Source: Penicillus capitatus (taxonomy: Eukaryota > Plantae > Chlorophyta). From it: a stretch of DNA of 64,000 bases. This document shows, one piece after another, positions 37,814 to 48,710 of this stretch. Made by a program: the position numbers and the translations under genes. The notes beneath the pieces are model-generated. The model searched no databases and had not been told where the DNA came from. It worked only from the letters and a program-made list of their open reading frames with translations. The stretch lies in NCBI GenBank assembly GCA_965649825.1, contig OZ287703.1, forward strand, positions 1 to 64,000, written 5' to 3'. Positions within the stretch are counted from its first letter, which is position 1, and each line of letters opens with the position of its first letter.

Positions 37814-40716
37814 ATGAAAAAACTCGATCTTCTCTTCGTTTCGTTGTGTCTGTTGATCTACGGACCGCATCTGTCGGTCGGTAGTCACGGTCGGCTAAAC
37901 ATGGATTTCTTCGCAGCTGACTCTTTGTCGTGCTTTGCCAGAGAGTGGTCGTCCAGAGGCCATGTCCACCGCGTTCGTCGAGCGCGAAATCACGGTGAGC
38001 TTCGCTCGTCATGCCGAATGCGGCGACGCGCTGTGACTGCCTCGTGCCCTAGAAGACGGAAGACTCGCTGCATGGTGGACGCTCCACTGTGCCCAGTGCG
38101 GCAGAACTGTCTCGTTCCGCCGAGAACGGCGGATTCGCTGCCTCGCGCGACTCTGCAAAAACGAATACTGCGGTACGGCTGTTGTACCACGAACGCTGTT
38201 GTGACACTTGTGTCCCATGACAGTGTCTTACTGATGACAAGGAAAACGTCGAGAATCCCTCAGTCAACCAATTGACACCACTTCACGAGGCAGCGCGCGA
38301 CGGACGAACTGAGGAGGTCAAGGTCAGCACTAGACGGACACGTTCTGCTGTTACCCAACCAGTATTGTCTGCGTACGCAGGATCTCGTGTCGGCCGTGGC
38401 GAATGTCGACGCCGTAAGCGACGAGCACGAATACACACCGCTTCACTATGCAGCCGAACGCGGACATCCGGAGATCGTTCAGGTGAGTATTGAACGCGTT
38501 TTTGCGCCCATTAGACAGCTCGCCTTTAGGTTCTTCTGGCAGCCGGGGCGAATATCCACGCTGTAGATGTGGATGGAAATACACCGGTTAACATTGCCGC
38601 CAAAGAGGGACACAGAGATGTCGTCCAAGTTAGTATTTGACGCGTTTTCTGCGTCTGTTAGATCCGTCGCGTTCAGGATCTCCTGGATGCCGGGGCGAGT
38701 GTGTCGTTCCCACGCCGTGCTCTGAGAACACCGCTTCACTGTGCAGCGTACGGTAACCATCCAGAGATTATCCAGGTGAGCACCGAACACCTTTTCTGCA
38801 ACTGTTAGATCCATCGCGTTCAGGATCTCCTGGATGCCGGGGCGCACATCGACTCCAAAGAGAGGGGGACTGGAAACACACCGCTTCATTATGCCGCCAA
38901 AGAGGGACACACAGAGGCCGTCCAGGTGGGCACCGAACGCCATTACGCGTTCACTAGCTCCATCGCATCTAGGCTCTAGTGTCGGCCGGCGCGGCTGTCA
39001 ATATTGCTAACAGGGAAGAAGACACACCGCTTCTCATTGCCGCCGAAGAGGGAAACGCAGAGGTCGTTCAGGTGAGCATCGGAAGCGTTCTCTGCGTCCA
39101 CTAGACGGCTCGCTTCTAGACTCTTCTGACAGCCGGGGCGAAAATCGACGCAATAAGCAGATGGGGAGATACACCGCTTCACATTGCAGCCCATTTCGGG
39201 CGTCTGGATGTTGTCCAGGCGAGCACCGGTTGCCATCACCCGTTCACTAGCTCCATCGTGTTCAGGCTCTCGTGTTGGCCGGGGCGACTGTCGACGCCTT
39301 AGGCTACGACGGAGATACACCGCTTCACATTGCAGCCCATTTCGGGCGTCTGGATGTTGTCCAGGCGAGCACCGGTTGCCATCACCCGTTCACTAGCTCC
39401 ATCGTGTTCAGGCTCTCGTGTTGGCCGGGGCGACTGTCGACGCCTTAGGCGACGACGGAGAAACACCGCTTCACTATGCCGCCGAAGAGAGACACAGAGA
39501 TGTCGTCCAGGTTAGCATTGGTCGCGTTTTTGTGTCTGCTGGATACAACGCCTCTAGGCTCTCGTGTCGGCCGGGGCGAACGTCAACGCCTTAAGCGAAT
39601 GGAACGGTACACCGCTTCACCGTGCAGCGTTTGGTGGCGATCCACAGATTGTCCAGGTAAGCATTGGACGCGTTTTTGCGTCTGTTAGATCCATCGCGTT
39701 CAGGATCTCTTGGATGCCGGGGCGTATTTTAACGCCACCGACGCAGGGAATGGAACACCGCTTCACATTGCAGCGTTTGGCGGCCACACAGAGGCCATCC
39801 AGGTGAGCACGAAACGCTATTGGTGTCCACCAGCTCCATTGCGTCTAGGTTCTCTTGTCGGCCGGTGCGGATGTCAACGCCGCGGACAGGATGGGGGATA
39901 TACCGCTTCACCGGGCCGCCGACGGTGGAGACACAGAGGCCGTCCAGGTTAGCATTGGACGCGTTTTTGCGTCTCTTGGATACATCGCGTCTAGGTTCTC
40001 TTGTCTGCCGGTGCGTATGTCAACGCCGTAGGCTATGAAGAATACACACCGCTTCACTATGCCGCCAACAGGGGACATGCAGAGGTTGTCCAAGTAAGCA
40101 CCGAACGCCATAGTGCATTCATTAGCTCCATCGTGTCTAGGCTCTTCTGACGGCCGGGGCGACTGTCGACGCTCTAAGCGAGGACAGATGGACACCGCTT
40201 CACCGAGCAGCCTGTTTCGGAAATCAGGAGACCGTTCAGGCGAGCACTGGACGCGTTTTCTGCGTTCACTAGATGATCCATTGTATCTAGGCTCTTCTGG
40301 GAGCCGGGGCGAACATCAACGCTGTAAGCGACGGGGGATGGACACCGCTTCACCGAGCAGCCGATTTCGAAAATCCGGAGACCGCTGCGGTGAGCATTGG
40401 ACGCGTTTTCTGCGTTCATTAGACCGATCGCGTCTAGGCTCTTCTAGCAGCCGGGGCGAATGTCGACACTGTAAACGACGATGGATATACACCGCTTCAT
40501 ATAGCATCGTCTATCGGAAACCTGAAAATCGCGACAGTGAGTCGTCAAAGTTCATTTACCGCCTAAATCTCTTTCTAGGATCTCGTCAACACTGGGGCAT
40601 CAAAGTCGATTGCTGACAAAAATGGAGATTTGCCTGTCGACCTCGTCTGCGTGTCTACGTACAACGAGTGTTCTGAATGTACTCGATCCTTCCTCACGGA
40701 ACTGCTGCAGCGCTGA
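37814..40716 (+). CDS. ANK4: predicted secreted ankyrin cassette protein (15 cassettes)
   Basis: Exon 1 at 37814-37889 ([25 protein letters not shown]), 52-nt intron 37890-37941, linker and N-cap exons, 15 cassette exons 38381-40536, C-cap exon 40579-40716 ending [10 protein letters not shown]. Confidence 0.88.
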
Positions 40717-41169
40717 CGCGCCTTGGATCCAACCATTACTCAGATTTACAGTATCGTCTTTTTTTTTGAAAAGTCTCGTACAACGACACTCTGCATGGTA
40801 CACTGCTTATCTGTCTGGGCGGAGTTGAAAAGTGTTAATGAAACGCCGCCATTCTGTTGGACGTTGTCATATGCATAAACATTATTGAATCTGTTTTTTG
40901 TGCCAGTGGTAACAAACACAGTGGGTTAAGCAACATTTACATTTTTCGACAGATCCTCCTTGTGTGAGGAGTCTCGGTGCATCTGCACCTAAGGGAACGC
41001 ACTGTGCCATTCACTAGCGTTCCTCTTTCGTTTATAAGTCTTAAAGAGGTGGCAGATTCGAGAAGGAAGTTCAGTTTTTCGAGTTGTGAGAATCTAAACG
41101 GAATTTACATCGACGAAGGGGGTTACCGAATTTCCGGAGCGGCGCGTAACACGGTTTCTCTTTCTGTGT

Positions 41170-41860
41170 GTTCTTCTCAGACCGCCTCATTCGACGCACC
41201 GTGGATCGACATGAGAGAAGTACCTCCTCCTCAACCAGTTCTCTGTACAAGCAGTCCTTCGTTCGACAAAAGCTACATGCAGTAGAAACCGAATGACTTT
41301 TAAGATTCTGGAGAACGACGCTCCCGTGCGAGAGAAAAAGAGTCGTCTATCGAAAAGACAACCATAAGGCATATTGCCGTTGACTGATAATAACACGGGC
41401 ACTTCGTCTACACGAATAACGAATAACGTGCGAGCCGTCAGACAAGAGGCTTTTCGCTACGTGTATCACAATTGATCTTGTTTTTCGACTCGTCGCAGCT
41501 AACTCGCTTATCCACGGCGGGGTGTGAACGTTTCACCGTACCCTGAGTTAAATTGCTGACGCTACAGAATCTAAACCCTTCGTTTTGGCGGCACTGTGCG
41601 AAATGAACGAAGCACACGTGAAAAGGAGACGGGAAAAGAGACAGACATCTTGCGAATTTGTCGCTCTCTTGCCAAATGGACAAAGAACTCCGTGCAAGTC
41701 ACGGAGCATAGCATAAGGTACGGATAGCGAACCTGCCAGCGGTATCGTATCCATGTGCGCGATTCGTCGCCAGAGGAAAAACGCATAAAGCGCATCTCGG
41801 TCTCGACAGCAATGCGCTTCAAAGGACGCGGGTGTTCTCGGAAAGAAGATGGACAGAAAA
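41170..41860. repeat. Inverted duplicate of ~10830-11520 (FBL6/FBL1 upstream region)
   Basis: ORF-track peptides recur on the opposite strand, e.g. MSIWQESDKFARCL and MDTIPLAGSLSVPY. Confidence 0.85.
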
Positions 41861-42031
41861 CAAGGCGGCGATATCACTCAGGTGTCGAGTCACGTCAAGT
41901 GCGAACTTCCAAGAGGGGCCGCGTAGAGCAGGAGTTTGAATTCGCAGCTACGGATTGAATCCACAGCGATTTTTCAACAGTCCGTCGCGTTTCCGTTTCG
42001 GATTCGTCTGTTAAACCCTATCGAATCACCG

Positions 42032-43882
42032 ATGGGGTGGTTACATTCAAAACGGATTTCCCAACGCGCAGACAGCAGACGCCTACCGCAGTCTGAAGAG
42101 TCCGCCAGCTCGGAAGATGCGCAGAACAGCGTCGAAAGTCCAACCATGACAGGAACGGACACGACAAGGACACTCGGGGTTCTCCTGGATGAGTACGAGG
42201 ATGTGCTGCTCAAGACTCTAGAATGCGTTATGGAAGACGGCCTTCACGAGTGCCGCCTCGTTTGTCGCCGCTGGCGGGACGCTTGTCGTCGACTGCCCGT
42301 CACCATTCAACCAGGTATCGCTTTCGACGCATCCAAAGTGGTGAAGGCGGCGGCGGAGCGATTCCCAAACGCAACAGCTCTGCGTCTCGGAGAATGGCGA
42401 CGCCGAAAAGATCCATTGGATGAGGATTCGATGCGTTCGCTGCAACGACTTGAGAATCTGCGCACATTGCAGATGCGCTTCATGGGAGAGCGTCCGGCGG
42501 CGGAGACGCTGCTTTCCACTCTGTTGTCGATGCGGCTTCTCCGATCCCTTTCGTTCAGTTTCAAACGCAAAAGCGACTCCTCTGCATGCATCGCCATCCT
42601 GCAATACCTGACGCAGCTCACTTCGCTGCATCTCCGAGCACCTACTATCATACGAACGCATCTGGAGCCGATTACTGAGCTCCAGGGACTGCTGAACTTG
42701 ACCGGCGATTTTCATCTGTTGGTCACTTTTGGCGATCGCCTCATCTTCCCTTCACTGACCCGACTCACGGCGCTCACAGTCTACTGGATCTGCACGCGTC
42801 AGAATAGAGAAAAAAGAACACAGTTGCGAGTGATGATCCACTCTGATGCCAGTTCTTGTGGGATCTCGTGTGTTGTGTAGACGTTCTTGCCTTACGCTGC
42901 TCAATTGAAAACATTGGACTTCCGAAAGCAAGCGTGCGATCCTCCGTTTCAAGACTGGCCCTTGCTGAGAGCGTTTTCGAGACTGAAGACGCTTAAACTA
43001 CGGCATTTAAATTTGGAAGTTGACGATTTCTACACAACCCTCTCGGACATGACTAGACTGACCAAACTGGAAATCGCCTTTCGAAACGCCGCCGCCCGGC
43101 CCATTATGGTTTCCGTGCTCTCCCTCACCCAGCTCAACTCACTTCTCCTCGATCGTGTTTGGGGTGAGGACGTCACATCAGAAATGATAGAAGCCATCAC
43201 AGGCATGGTGCAGTTGACGCGTTTCGCGTTGACACCGTCCATGGTCGGAGATTCCTTGAGCTGCCTGACGAAGCTGGTCGATCTCAAGATCGTTGGCTAC
43301 GGTAACTTTACGACGGACCTGTCGGACACTCTTTCCTCCTTGCGTCATCTGACGTCCCTTCACGTCTACAAGTCGGGCCAGAAGTGCATGCTGGCGTCCT
43401 CCGCACTGCAGCAACTGACAGAACTCAGGGTTTTGAATCTGTGGGAGATAGACACGGAATCAGATCTTCTCCAAGTACTGACAACGTTGCCGTGCTTAAC
43501 GGAACTGAGCGTCATCTCTTCTTATAACTGCGATCCTGGAGATTGTTTCTTTGCCCAGCTCTTACCGTTCTCCAATCTGACGGTGCTGGGAGTTTCGCGC
43601 CGTTGGGGGATGTCAAAGACACGGATTGAATCGCTCGGGAGATGTATGCCGAGGATCCAGAAGATCCAATTCCTCTCACACGATGGCGCGTACAAGAAAA
43701 ATTACAAAGAAGAAGTGGCGTTAATGGAGAACTCCATGAACTGGTCGGATCTGGCAGATGCGTTTCCATGCCTTCGCCGTATCCGTCTCGTTTTCGTCCG
43801 CAACTGTCTGCGTCCATATCGTGAGTATTTAATGTTCTCAGAAATCGACCTCTTCTGCAAAGAACTGCAAAACGATGATTGA
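42032..43882 (+). CDS. FBL6: F-box/LRR protein starting MGWLHSK
   Basis: F-box LLDEYEDVLLKTLECVMEDGLHECRLVCRRW; ORFs 41936-42880 and 42887-43882 joined by a short intron. Confidence 0.85.
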
Positions 43883-44719
43883 ACTATCCGCTATTGTGGA
43901 TTCCTATACATACATATCATGTTCATTATTTTGTCATCTGTCTCTGAAAAGACTTCAATAAATCGAATATGCATGAAAGAAAGCAAAGGCGCATACCCTG
44001 TCGAGGCAACACCCTCTCATCTGCCACCTATTGCACTGTTCAGTCGTTTCGACAGAGTCATCGGCAAAGTGTCGTGTGGCTGCCCGTTCGACAACAGACT
44101 CCTCCTTTCTCGCAGAAGAGCGTTCGTTGTTATCTGAATTTAAGAAATCATTTGGTCACTACTGCGTTTGAGCCTTGTTGATTGTGAGAGGAGTAAACAG
44201 AGGGCGAGGAAGCATTTTTCGCGTGTCGATATATTGCGCGTCGAACGCGTCATTGCGGGAAGAGCAGGCAGAGAGAGAAGTCGCGATGCGCGACGCTCGG
44301 TGAGATTCGACAACCCCCTTCATCCATTTCTAGTCCGTCCATATGCAAAGAACCCGAAAGACTGCGTTTTCCGAAAACTGCCCTTCGTAAATGATTGAAA
44401 AGGAACACTGGTGAATAGCACAGTGTGTTCCCTTAGGCGCAGATGCACGGAGTCTCCCCGTACAATAAGGATGTGTTGAAAATGCTCATGACGTTTAAGC
44501 CAGCGTGTTACTGTTAATACAAAAGACAGAATAAAAAGGTTTTTAGAATCCGACACACTTAGAGCAGAAGGGCGGGATGTAGTGCATCAACACTTTTAAA
44601 TTCTCCGCCCGGATAAAACTTTCGACAACGTAACATGCAGACTGTGAAAAAAAACCTCGTCAAAAATCCGAGGTATATTACTGCAGATTTAGGCAATGGC
44701 GACATAGAAGGTGTGTCAG

Positions 44720-45045
44720 TCAAGGAGTCAACAGCTCAAGGAGGAAGGATCGAGTAGCATCGGAACAATTGGCATCCGGATAACTACAAACCACGTCGAC
44801 AGGGAATTCTCCTTCGTCGTTGACAAACGACTTTGATGCCCCAGCGTCGACGAGATTCTGAAAAGAGATCTAGGCTGTAGATAGAAGCTATTGACTCACT
44901 GATGCGACTAGTGAACGTCCGCGAGACAATGCTACGTGAAGCGGTGTACTTCCGTCAGTGGCAGCAGCTTCGACATTCTCCCCGGCCACCAAGAGAGCCT
45001 GCAACACCGCAAAAAGTCCAGCCAGATGCGGTACCGGACGATGCG
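44720..45045 (-). pseudogene. ANK5: truncated ankyrin gene remnant (last cassette plus C-cap)
   Basis: 99-nt cassette 44900-44998 (ALLVAGENVEAAATDGSTPLHVALSRGRSLVAS) and C-cap ...FLLELLTP*. The upstream part is replaced by retroelement debris, and a homologue of the ANK 5' flank survives at ~46830-47160. Confidence 0.75.
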
Positions 45046-45249
45046 CCTGCAGTAATAACGGTTGCGCAGGGTGCTGTGGCGTTGGCAAGAAATGTAGCTC
45101 ATCTTCTCAGCTTCGTGTGTGTTCAAAGATAGGGTTGGCGTTATCGACCGCGTTGGTGCTTGTGCTCTTGAACATCGCAAGCTGGCTGTTATTGCATCTG
45201 CTGGATGGGGCAGTCTGTAGTGGCCTCGGCAGGTGGCTCAATCAGCTGG

Positions 45250-46017
45250 TGTCAGTGGACAGCTGTCCACCTTCGTGCAGCTGTCCAAAGAATTACATAA
45301 ATTCTAACATTTAATGTACAAACAGTCTTTGTAAGCTTTACGCCTTCGTCGTTAACTCGTCCGTTCAAACACGACATGGTTTCGGAGCGACAAAGATTCC
45401 GGCGATAGAATCCCGTCATCGAAGAATGAAGACTTTCCAAGACACGTCCGTGGTGACAGCGTTCTACCTACCACCTGCAGTCTGTAGTTCGTTCCATCGT
45501 CCGAGTTGCTGCGTTTCAGTTCCATTGTCCGAGTTGCTGCGTTTCAGTTCCATCGTCCGAGTTGCTGCGTTTCAGTTTCACGCTGCGATAAGCGTACTGT
45601 TGCGCATTGTTGTGTTTACGTTCGTTGTTACTTTGTCTGTGTTTACGTTTTCTATCTGGGTCATCACGGACGTGTTGTCGCTGTGAAGTACGGTTCAAAT
45701 TTCCAGAGTCGGCGTTGAAGTCTCAGAGACATAAGAGCTACAAAGCTGCGGTGAATGGGCCGCAGAGGGAGAAGCCACGTGACGATGGCCCTGGCTCGAC
45801 TCCTGGCCAGCCTGATGACATCCCGACTGTCATGAAATGTGTTCCGTTCGCATCATTCGGAGTCTGCACAACGGAAAGGGGGTGGGCACATGTCAGTGGA
45901 AAGCTGTCCACCTTCGTGCAGCTGTCCAAAGAATTACATAGATTCTAACATTTAATGTACAAACAGTCTTTGTAAGCTTTACGCCTTCGTCGTTAACTCG
46001 TCCGTTCAAACACGACA
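45250..46017 (+). mobile_element. TRIM (terminal-repeat retrotransposon in miniature), 768 bp
   Basis: 127-bp TG...CA LTRs at 45250-45376 and 45891-46017 (2 mismatches), TSD CTGG, PBS TGGTTTCGGAGCG at 45377-45389, purine tract GGAAAGGGGGTGGG, non-coding interior with three ~27-bp repeats. Confidence 0.88.
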
Positions 46018-46021
46018 CTGG

Positions 46022-46680
46022 TTGTCGTTCGCCTTTATCGTCGATGTCAGCACTGGAGACGCGGAGGAGAGAGTGCGAATCGGTTCGAGCAGAAAATTCA
46101 AAAGCGAGTCGATCAAGTGATTGCTCAGCGGATGTGTCGTCACAATATGACAGACTGGGGGATACGGCTGCGGCTGAGGTTAATCTCATCTGTCGTCGTT
46201 GTGGTCGTAAAGGTCACATAGCACGAGAGTGTCCGGTGCATGTGGTGCCGATGTCAAAGCAAAACCAGAGAGATGGTGGGATGATGCACGTGAATCGAGA
46301 CTTGGTTCCAGAAGCAGACAAGTCTGCGAGGCGAAGAGCAACGCAGGGACACCCAGCAGCTTTACGTGCCAGCCTTCTTAGGGGCTTATGGACGACGTTG
46401 CCATCTACTTGTTGATACATGTAGTTCCGTAAATGTCCTGCCCGAAGCTCACGCAAGAAAGTGTGCGGTGAACCGGAAAACTGTGGACGGCAATAAGTCC
46501 ATCCGCGGTTTTAATGGCTCTGTCTCCTCTGTATTGGGTCAAGTAGTCTTACCAGTGCGGGCTGGCTTGTGAACTACCGATGTTGTGTTTTGTGTCGTTG
46601 TTGGGGTGGATAAGATTATCCTTGGCGTCCCAGGGTTTGCTAGTTTGGGTGTTAATGTGGATGTCGCAAACGCCGACTCA
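46022..46680 (+). mobile_element. Older LTR-retrotransposon gag/protease remnant that received the TRIM
   Basis: CCHC zinc knuckle CRRCGRKGHIAREC and protease-like LLVDTCSSVNVL in different frames; no RT and no LTRs found. Confidence 0.7.
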
Positions 46681-47560
46681 CTCTAAGAGATGATGCAGCG
46701 CTGTGTGATGCGTATCAAGATGGTCCCACCGCGAAGCGCGTGAAGGCATTAGTAAGTAAACGTTTGATGTTATTGTGAAAACAGGATTATTCGTATTAGA
46801 AGATTTTCAGTTTGATGTCGACTGCCCGTTTACGCTCTAACAAAGGGCCATTACGTAACGACATCGTAAGGCATGTCTGTGCCATACCATGTGACTTCAC
46901 CTGTCCGTCACCTGTCACCTGTCATCTCTGCTTGCTGTGGTGTGCTAGGGGTATTACCCCAGAAGCCTGTGGGGATGGAAGCCCATCCACGAATGTCACA
47001 GATTGTGTCTCCGGACTCTGCTGTGAAAACTGAAAATCGCACTGTGTTGTTTGGTGTTTGTACAACATCCATCCATCCCCAAACGCCGTTCGTAACGTGC
47101 TCTATCCAGCACCTGGCGCGCTGCTGTGGCTTTGCGCTCTCTCGTTGCCATCCAGCAGAACACGAACTACGATGCTTGAGATATGCTAGTGTTTCGAAGG
47201 ACGGAGCGCGATTGAACTCGATAAACGGGACGCTTCACGTCGCGCAGCTGGGATGTTAACGATTCTGCACACATTCGAGGGGAGAGGCTTGGCGAAAAAT
47301 CTGAAACTGCTGTAGATCCTGGAAAGACGCATCTTCGAGATGCCCGTTCTGCTGTCGCGTTCGACGCGGATTCGACGTCACATCACATCGAACAAACTGC
47401 ATACGTCAAAATGGATGTTCTTTTCATCTGCTGACAAGATTGGAATTGTGAGAGCCTCCTGGCAAACGGCTCTCTTCGCTAAGAAAGAATCATTGCGCAT
47501 CATACGAGATGCACAGCTTGGATTCACAACAAAGAATTATCGTTTTCTTTCCACTTGACT

Positions 47561-48046
47561 TCAGATCCTCCCCGTTTGCTCTGAGGATTCTGGAAGGGAT
47601 CCGGAAACAGGACCTGCCACATGGCGCTGTCCCGTTGGGTGCATTGGCAATTCGGACAGCATTTCTGTCTCCCTTGCCTTCAGCTCTCTCGCTTCTTGAC
47701 ACTGGGCACAGAGATGGCACCAGAAATGCACGCAGCAGTCGGTACACGGTCCTTCAGGCAGCCCGTACTTGACGCGGAGCATGCGTCTTCGCTCCATGGC
47801 CAAGAAGCACTGGCAGCCGAAGCAGCAGCACCCGGTGAGATTGCCACACAGCCAGCAGAGAAACCCATAGGCGGCGAAGTCGACGAGGTAACGAGGTCCG
47901 GAATCGCCAGACAGTCTTCGGCCGTTTTCGGCATAGAGCAGACAGGGTATCCAACATCCTATGCAGCACGTTTCTCGATCTTCCATGCAACCATAAAGAC
48001 GGAAGCGCCAGTCTTGTCTTGAAGGGTTCAACGGAGCGTATTCCAT
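47561..48046 (-). CDS. PLAC8-family cysteine-rich protein
   Basis: Single exon with W...LYGCMED..TCCIGCWIPC.LY..N, CCCFGCQC, R..LR.KYGLP..PC.DCCVHFWC..CA.CQE.RELK, which is the PLAC8 pattern. Confidence 0.9.
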   Translation of the reverse strand: MEYAPLNPSRQDWRFRLYGCMEDRETCCIGCWIPCLLYAENGRRLSGDSGPRYLVDFAAYGFLCWLCGNLTGCCCFGCQCFLAMERRRMLRVKYGLPEGPCTDCCVHFWCHLCAQCQEARELKARETEMLSELPMHPTGQRHVAGPVSGSLPESSEQTGRI

Positions 48047-48710
48047 GTTAGCGACTTAAGAACACGAACAGCTGACCAAACGCAGTCAATATAAGGGTAT
48101 GCCGAGAGTAGTACACCAGCAGCTGCTCCTCCGCGGCACGATGCTGCCTCGTGGATGATCCGCGGGTCACGTCGAATGCGTGTTCGGTGGACTGGACACA
48201 TCTATTCTATCTGCCATCCATTCACGCTGCATGACTAAGGCAAACGTCGCATCGGATTGTTTCTGTTTGGCAGGAACGGTTTTTTGAATGTGGACGATTG
48301 ATCGAATAGGTGTAACCAAACCCTGGAGACGGTTTCGGTTCAGATGTCCAGTTCATCTGCAATGCACTCGATCTGGGTATCCTTTCGGTTCGCTGAAAGG
48401 AGTGAAGCCTCACAAATCGTCAAGATGCTTCTCACTCTTCCAAGATCGACACGAAGCGAAGGTATTTATTTCTCCGAAAAAGTTACTTAAAGAGACGGAC
48501 ACCGAATTCCAACAGCATAAATGGATGACGTGTTTTCAGACTGCGGGCAGTGCTCCCTACGCACTAAGCAATTCGGGAAAATGGCCTCGTTAGACAAACC
48601 AACCCCCTCAGCGACGCTGCCGAAGATGCAGCTCGCAGGTCCGAAGAAAGAAAGACTGAACCTGTTCTCAGGGCCAAGCGAAAACGGAGACGAATAAGGT
48701 TCCAGGGAAC

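Noticed and set aside
37610-38275. 221-aa ORF (and its twin 57153-57818) as a separate gene
   Set aside because: It is read-through of the ANK signal exon into introns; only the MKKLDLL...GSH part is likely coding.
45254-45269. Perfect 16-bp palindrome GTGGACAGCTGTCCAC in the TRIM 5' LTR
   Set aside because: It is broken in the 3' LTR (GGAAAGC), so there is no sign of constraint.
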